Shown: positions 28,425-32,000 of the stretch, piece by piece | Layout of the letters: every line of letters begins with the position of its first letter | Numbering within the stretch: position 1 is the first letter of the stretch | Assembly: GCA_963677825.2 (NCBI GenBank) | Contig: CAXXEF010000001.1 | Location: forward strand, 2,063,003 to 2,095,002 | DNA length: 32,000 bases | Source of the DNA: an uncultured Sporobacter sp. | GTDB taxonomy: Bacteria; Bacillota; Clostridia; Oscillospirales; Oscillospiraceae | Direction of reading: 5' to 3' | Program-made: the position numbers and the translations under genes | The notes under the pieces: generated by a model | What the model was told of the DNA's origin: nothing | Databases searched by the model: none | What the model saw: only the letters and a program-made list of their open reading frames with translations

Positions 28425-28599
28425 CTGCGTCTCGACTCCCTTCATTCATTTAATATAACCAAACACGAAGCGCTTTTCGCTTGCGTATTGATTGGATCGT
28501 TTTCAAGCGACGTCACGTCGCGGCAGGACTCGCCGACCGTGCTGTGGCGCAAAACGGGGATAGCGCGGAAAACCGCGCATCTTGGATGACGCGGCCCGC

Positions 28600-29655
28600 T
28601 TAGATTGAACCGGACTCCGGCTTTATGTCGATCTTATATCCTGTCAGACGCGCGGCCAGCCGGACATTCTGCCCCTCTTTACCGATCGCCAGTGACAGCT
28701 GACTGTCTGGTACGATGACGCGGCAGCTCTTACCGTCTTCCTGCATCGTGACATCGACGACATCCGACGGCGCAAGCGCCGAGGCAATATATTCCTCAGG
28801 TGCGTCGCTGTATTTGACAATATCGATCTTTTCACCGTCGAGCTCGTCGACGATTGACGAGACGCGCCCGCCCTTCGGGCCGACACACGCGCCGATGGGA
28901 TCGACTTCAGGGTCGTTAGACATGACGGCGATCTTTGTACGGCTGCCGGCTTCGCGCGCGATGCTCTTGATTTCGACGACACCGTCAAAGATTTCCGGCA
29001 CCTCCAGCTCAAACAGGCGCTTAACAAGGCCGGGATGCGTCCGTGAGATAAGCACTTGCGGTCCGCGTGACGATTTACGCACTTCGACAACATAGACCTT
29101 GATTCTATCGCCCTCGCGCAGCGCTTCCGACGGAATGCGCTCGCCGGCCGAGAGCATCGCCTCGGTATACTCCGAATTGGAGCTTATCTGGATCGAGACG
29201 CTGCCGGTGCGCGGCTCGATGCGCGAGACGATACCGGTCAGGATCTCGTGTTCTTTCGATGTGAACTCGTCATAAACGATGCCGCGCTCGGCTTCACGGA
29301 TACCCTGAATAATGACCTGTTTGGCGGCCTGCGCGGCGATACGGCCAAACTTTTTCGCGTCGACCGTTTCGTTGACGACGTCGCCAACTTCTGCCGTCGG
29401 CTCAAGACGCCGTGCCTGATCGAGGCTCAGCTCGTTGTCAGGGTCCTCGACGGGATCGGCGACCGTTTTGGCCAGATACATATGGACTGTCTGGTTTTCC
29501 GGATCGAGAAAAACACGGGCGCAGTCTTGACAGGTCGGCGCATCTTTGCGCAAAGCCGCCAGCAGCGCCTGCTCGATCTTTTCAATCATATAGGCCTGGG
29601 GGATGCCTTTTTCCCTTTCGATATCGGCAATGGCCGAGAAAAATTCAGCATTCAT
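28600..29655 (-). CDS. nusA: Transcription termination/antitermination factor NusA (351 aa, no acidic repeats)
   Basis: MNAEFFSAIADIEREKGIP... N-terminal domain, then S1 and two KH domains. GGAGGA RBS upstream of ATG 29655. The track start at 29838 lies inside rimP. Confidence 0.97.
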   Translation of the reverse strand: MNAEFFSAIADIEREKGIPQAYMIEKIEQALLAALRKDAPTCQDCARVFLDPENQTVHMYLAKTVADPVEDPDNELSLDQARRLEPTAEVGDVVNETVDAKKFGRIAAQAAKQVIIQGIREAERGIVYDEFTSKEHEILTGIVSRIEPRTGSVSIQISSNSEYTEAMLSAGERIPSEALREGDRIKVYVVEVRKSSRGPQVLISRTHPGLVKRLFELEVPEIFDGVVEIKSIAREAGSRTKIAVMSNDPEVDPIGACVGPKGGRVSSIVDELDGEKIDIVKYSDAPEEYIASALAPSDVVDVTMQEDGKSCRVIVPDSQLSLAIGKEGQNVRLAARLTGYKIDIKPESGSI

Positions 29656-29683
29656 GACCGTTCCTCCAATAATTCCAGGTTGT

Positions 29684-30136
29684 TTATCCGATGCGTAAGC
29701 GCACATGGGCGATTTCAGGTGTTTCAAAGTGGATGTTCTGTCCGGCGATGTCGATATCGAGCCCGTTATCGTCGCGCGCTTTGAGTGTGCCGACAAATTC
29801 TTTGCGGCCGTCGCGCGATTTATATAGCCGCACCTCAATGAGATGCCCTATGAAACGCTCAAAGTCACTTGGACGCTTAAGTGCGCGCTCGGCACCTGCC
29901 GACGAGACCTCGAATGTGTAGCTTTCAGCGATCGGGTCGCGCTCGTCTAAGATCGGGTCAAGTGCACGGCTGACGGCCTCGCAGTCGGACAGCTGCACGC
30001 CGCCCTGCTTGTCGATATATACACGCAGAAACCGATGCCCGCCTTCTTTGACAAACTCAACGTCCCAAAGCTCGCAGCCGAGCGATTGGACGACAGGTTC
30101 GGCGAGCGCCGCGACGAGGTCTGTGATTTTTTTCAT
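29684..30136 (-). CDS. rimP: Ribosome maturation factor RimP
   Basis: ...LGCELWDVEFVKEGGHRFLRVYID... is typical RimP. ATG 30136 has GGAG upstream. Confidence 0.93.
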   Translation of the reverse strand: MKKITDLVAALAEPVVQSLGCELWDVEFVKEGGHRFLRVYIDKQGGVQLSDCEAVSRALDPILDERDPIAESYTFEVSSAGAERALKRPSDFERFIGHLIEVRLYKSRDGRKEFVGTLKARDDNGLDIDIAGQNIHFETPEIAHVRLRIG

Positions 30137-30202
30137 GACTGTGCTCCAGTCCCGAGCGCCGCAGGCGCGGCGCGACGAAAAAATTAACAATTTCAAACTG
30201 TG

Positions 30203-30232
30203 CAAGAAAAAGAGTGGGAAAATACCCACTCT
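30203..30232 (-). terminator. Intrinsic terminator inside the rimP-nusA leader (candidate attenuator)
   Basis: The minus strand reads agagtggg tatttt cccactct TTTTCTTG. Sits between the promoter (30260-30288) and the rimP ATG (30136). Confidence 0.65.
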
Positions 30233-30259
30233 GTCAGTCACAGTGTCTCTAACAGTGGG

Positions 30260-30288
30260 ATTATATCACTATTTTATAATGAATGCAA
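30260..30288 (-). promoter_or_regulatory. Candidate sigma-A promoter of the rimP-nusA-infB operon
   Basis: The minus strand reads TTGCAT (30288-30283), 17-nt spacer, TATAAT (30265-30260). Confidence 0.7.
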
Positions 30289-30606
30289 GGGTTTTAAGCA
30301 TTTAATGCGCGCATTGCGGCGCGCATCCGCCGGTATATATAAGCGCGGCGCCGATGGGCCTGAAGTCTTTGGAATGAACGCCGCTTGTCCGCACGGAGAA
30401 ACGCCGGGCTCTGATTGTGCGGCGGTGCGCTTATAGTCTTTGCGACGGCGTCTGGTCAATACACGCAGTGCGCCTGATAATTATTGTAACGCGCGGGCGC
30501 GCGCGAAATTTTTATATTGTATCGACATCGCCGAGGATTTTCCGGCAAAGTAGCCAAAGGCGAGGGCTTGTAACATAACTGTAATATTATATAAGCCCAA
30601 ATTGAA

Positions 30607-30635
30607 TTGACAATACTTTGTCATTATTCTATAAT
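30607..30635 (+). promoter_or_regulatory. Perfect-consensus sigma-A promoter about 410 nt upstream of the SLH gene
   Basis: TTGACA (30607-30612), 17-nt spacer, TATAAT (30630-30635). Confidence 0.75.
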
Positions 30636-31047
30636 CAACCTTGGCAAGATTCGCGCTGTTTGCCTTATTTTGGCGGGCGCAGCGTATCAAGCAGGGCTGA
30701 TAATGGTGTGTGGTGTGCCGCTTCAGACTCGCTTGGAGGTTGTTTGTATAACGGGGAGCGCAGCGCCGCTTCGCTCCCCTACCTCCTTCGATTCTGGCGC
30801 GCGGCAAAATCAGTCCGGCTGTCAAACTCGGTACTGCCATTTGCTTGGGGGATAGCCGACCCGGAGCAAATGCTTGTACATACACATGCTAAAACCGAAT
30901 ACACCCGATTTTGAAGCGGTTTTTAAGGCGTCACATTCACCACGCCGACAACCGGCATGGACGCCGGAAGGATCGTGAACGGCTCGGGAGCGTATCGGCA
31001 GAGGCGAAAAGCGTGCATAGCACGTAAATTTATTAGGAGGTACATAC

Positions 31048-32000
31048 ATGAAGAACCTGAAAAAACTTCTTGCAGTGGTTCTCGCGGTCGTTATGGTGTT
31101 CAGCGCCATGTCGATCACCGCGTCGGCGTTTAGCGATGATGCGGACATCGAGTACAAAGAAGCTGTAGGCATCATGACCGGCATCGGTGCTATTAACGGT
31201 TATCCGGACGGCACCTTTGATCCCACTGGGCTTGTAACCCGCGCCGAGGCTGCAAAGATGATTTGCTTTGCAAAACTCGGCCCCGCAATGGCAGAAGGGC
31301 TCCCGATGGGCCCCGCGGTCTTTGATGATGTCCCGGCTAGCCATTGGGCTAACAAGTACGTCTACTACTGCTACACCCAGGGCATCGTAGACGGTATGGA
31401 TGAAGATACTTTTAATCCCGAAGGTAATGTTACGGGCCTTCAGCTGGCTAAAATGATTCTTGTCGCCATCGGCTATGGTGAGATGGATGAGTTCGTTGGC
31501 ATCGACTGGGCTTACAACACCTATATTGCCGCCAACCAAAATGACATCTTTATGGGCAACGAGGATCTGGATGTCGATGCAGCCGCAACGCGTGAAGAAG
31601 CTGCCCTGTACATCCTGAACGGCCTCATGGCTGAGATGGTTTACTACAGCGAACTTCTTGGCCGTTACGTAGGCATGGAACAGAATATCTTTGAAATGTA
31701 TGGCGACTTAGACAATGATGTTGAGATTGTCGTGAAGAACCAGGCTACTTCAGAAGATGACATGACCTATATCTGGGACGGCGGTCTCGTGGGTTATGAT
31801 ATCGAGACTGGTCTTGACATGATCGGCCACGAAATGAACTTCATCTACAATGACGATGAAGATGATGAGGTTTATTTCTGGGAAGACATCGATTCGACCA
31901 TGGCTTACACGGTTGGAGACACGCTGCCGACGGGCGTTCAGATTGACGGCGACTTTAAAGTGTTCGTTAATTATGCATACGACGGCATGGCCTCAGAGCT
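31048..32000 (+). CDS. Secreted SLH-domain (S-layer homology) cell-surface protein, N-terminal part (3' end outside window)
   Basis: Manual translation from ATG 31048 (AGGAGG 7 nt upstream) has no stop to the window end. Signal peptide MKNLKKLLAVVLAVVMVFSAMSITASA. Two or three SLH-like repeats follow (e.g. FSDDADIEYKEAVGIMTGIGAINGYPDGTFDPTGLVTRAEAAKMI; FDDVPASHWANKYVYYCYTQGIVDG...FNPEGNVTGLQLAKMI). Confidence 0.88.
   Translation, partial: MKNLKKLLAVVLAVVMVFSAMSITASAFSDDADIEYKEAVGIMTGIGAINGYPDGTFDPTGLVTRAEAAKMICFAKLGPAMAEGLPMGPAVFDDVPASHWANKYVYYCYTQGIVDGMDEDTFNPEGNVTGLQLAKMILVAIGYGEMDEFVGIDWAYNTYIAANQNDIFMGNEDLDVDAAATREEAALYILNGLMAEMVYYSELLGRYVGMEQNIFEMYGDLDNDVEIVVKNQATSEDDMTYIWDGGLVGYDIETGLDMIGHEMNFIYNDDEDDEVYFWEDIDSTMAYTVGDTLPTGVQIDGDFKVFVNYAYDGMASE

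Noticed and set aside
30300-30520. GC-rich palindromes between the divergent promoters: atgcgcgcat, a repeated gcgcgcat, and cgcgcg-ggcg-cgcgcg followed by AAATTTTTA.
   Set aside because: They are short and self-complementary by composition (CG dinucleotide runs). There is no clear T tract or partner gene. They could be operator sites, but the evidence is too thin to call.
30481-30885. 134-aa minus-strand ORF, plus the smaller ORFs 30200-30436(+), 30274-30459(-), 30607-30855(+) and 30618-30914(+), in the rimP/SLH intergenic region.
   Set aside because: They have no SD and no recognisable family, with basic low-complexity composition. They overlap the consensus + strand promoter and its leader. 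I treat the region as non-coding.
1-32000. Search for mobile elements, integrases or transposases, toxin-antitoxin pairs, restriction-modification or other defence operons, tRNA or rRNA genes, and CRISPR arrays.
   Set aside because: I recognised none on either strand. Every sizeable ORF outside 18600-22200 and 30240-31050 is a well-known housekeeping gene in canonical order.

Overview
The window is mostly conserved core chromosome from a fairly high-GC, spore-forming Firmicute. Clostridia is my guess from gene order, SLH and spoVAC content, and it is low-confidence. On the + strand: the 3' part of feoB, then an uninterrupted S10-spc-alpha ribosomal supercluster from rpsJ to rplQ (2132-18536). 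It includes secY, adk, map, a KOW protein, infA, rpmJ and rpoA. rpmD and rpmJ are too short for the ORF track and were found by eye. A small non-core island follows: an orphan spoVAC-like gene, a membrane XpaC-domain protein, and a divergently transcribed low-GC 497-aa HTH protein of unknown function. On the - strand: rimP-nusA-ylxR-ylxQ-infB-rbfA-DHH-truB-ribF. The window ends with a long leader and the 5' part of a secreted SLH-domain protein. I found no rRNA, tRNA, CRISPR array, transposase or recognisable multi-gene defence or mobile system. The most unusual signals are at RNA or protein-extension level: (1) an imperfect ~77-nt tandem structured repeat in a 279-nt infA-rpmJ spacer; (2) a 341-nt spacer splitting rpsN from rpsH; (3) uS3 with a ~160-aa GYNRGGQ/PANRPA tandem-repeat tail; (4) promoter-plus-terminator leaders ahead of rpsJ and rimP-nusA; (5) a ~400-nt leader from a perfect consensus promoter ahead of the SLH gene; (6) the low-GC HTH orphan. 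All functional readings of these are inference and need comparative or experimental checks.
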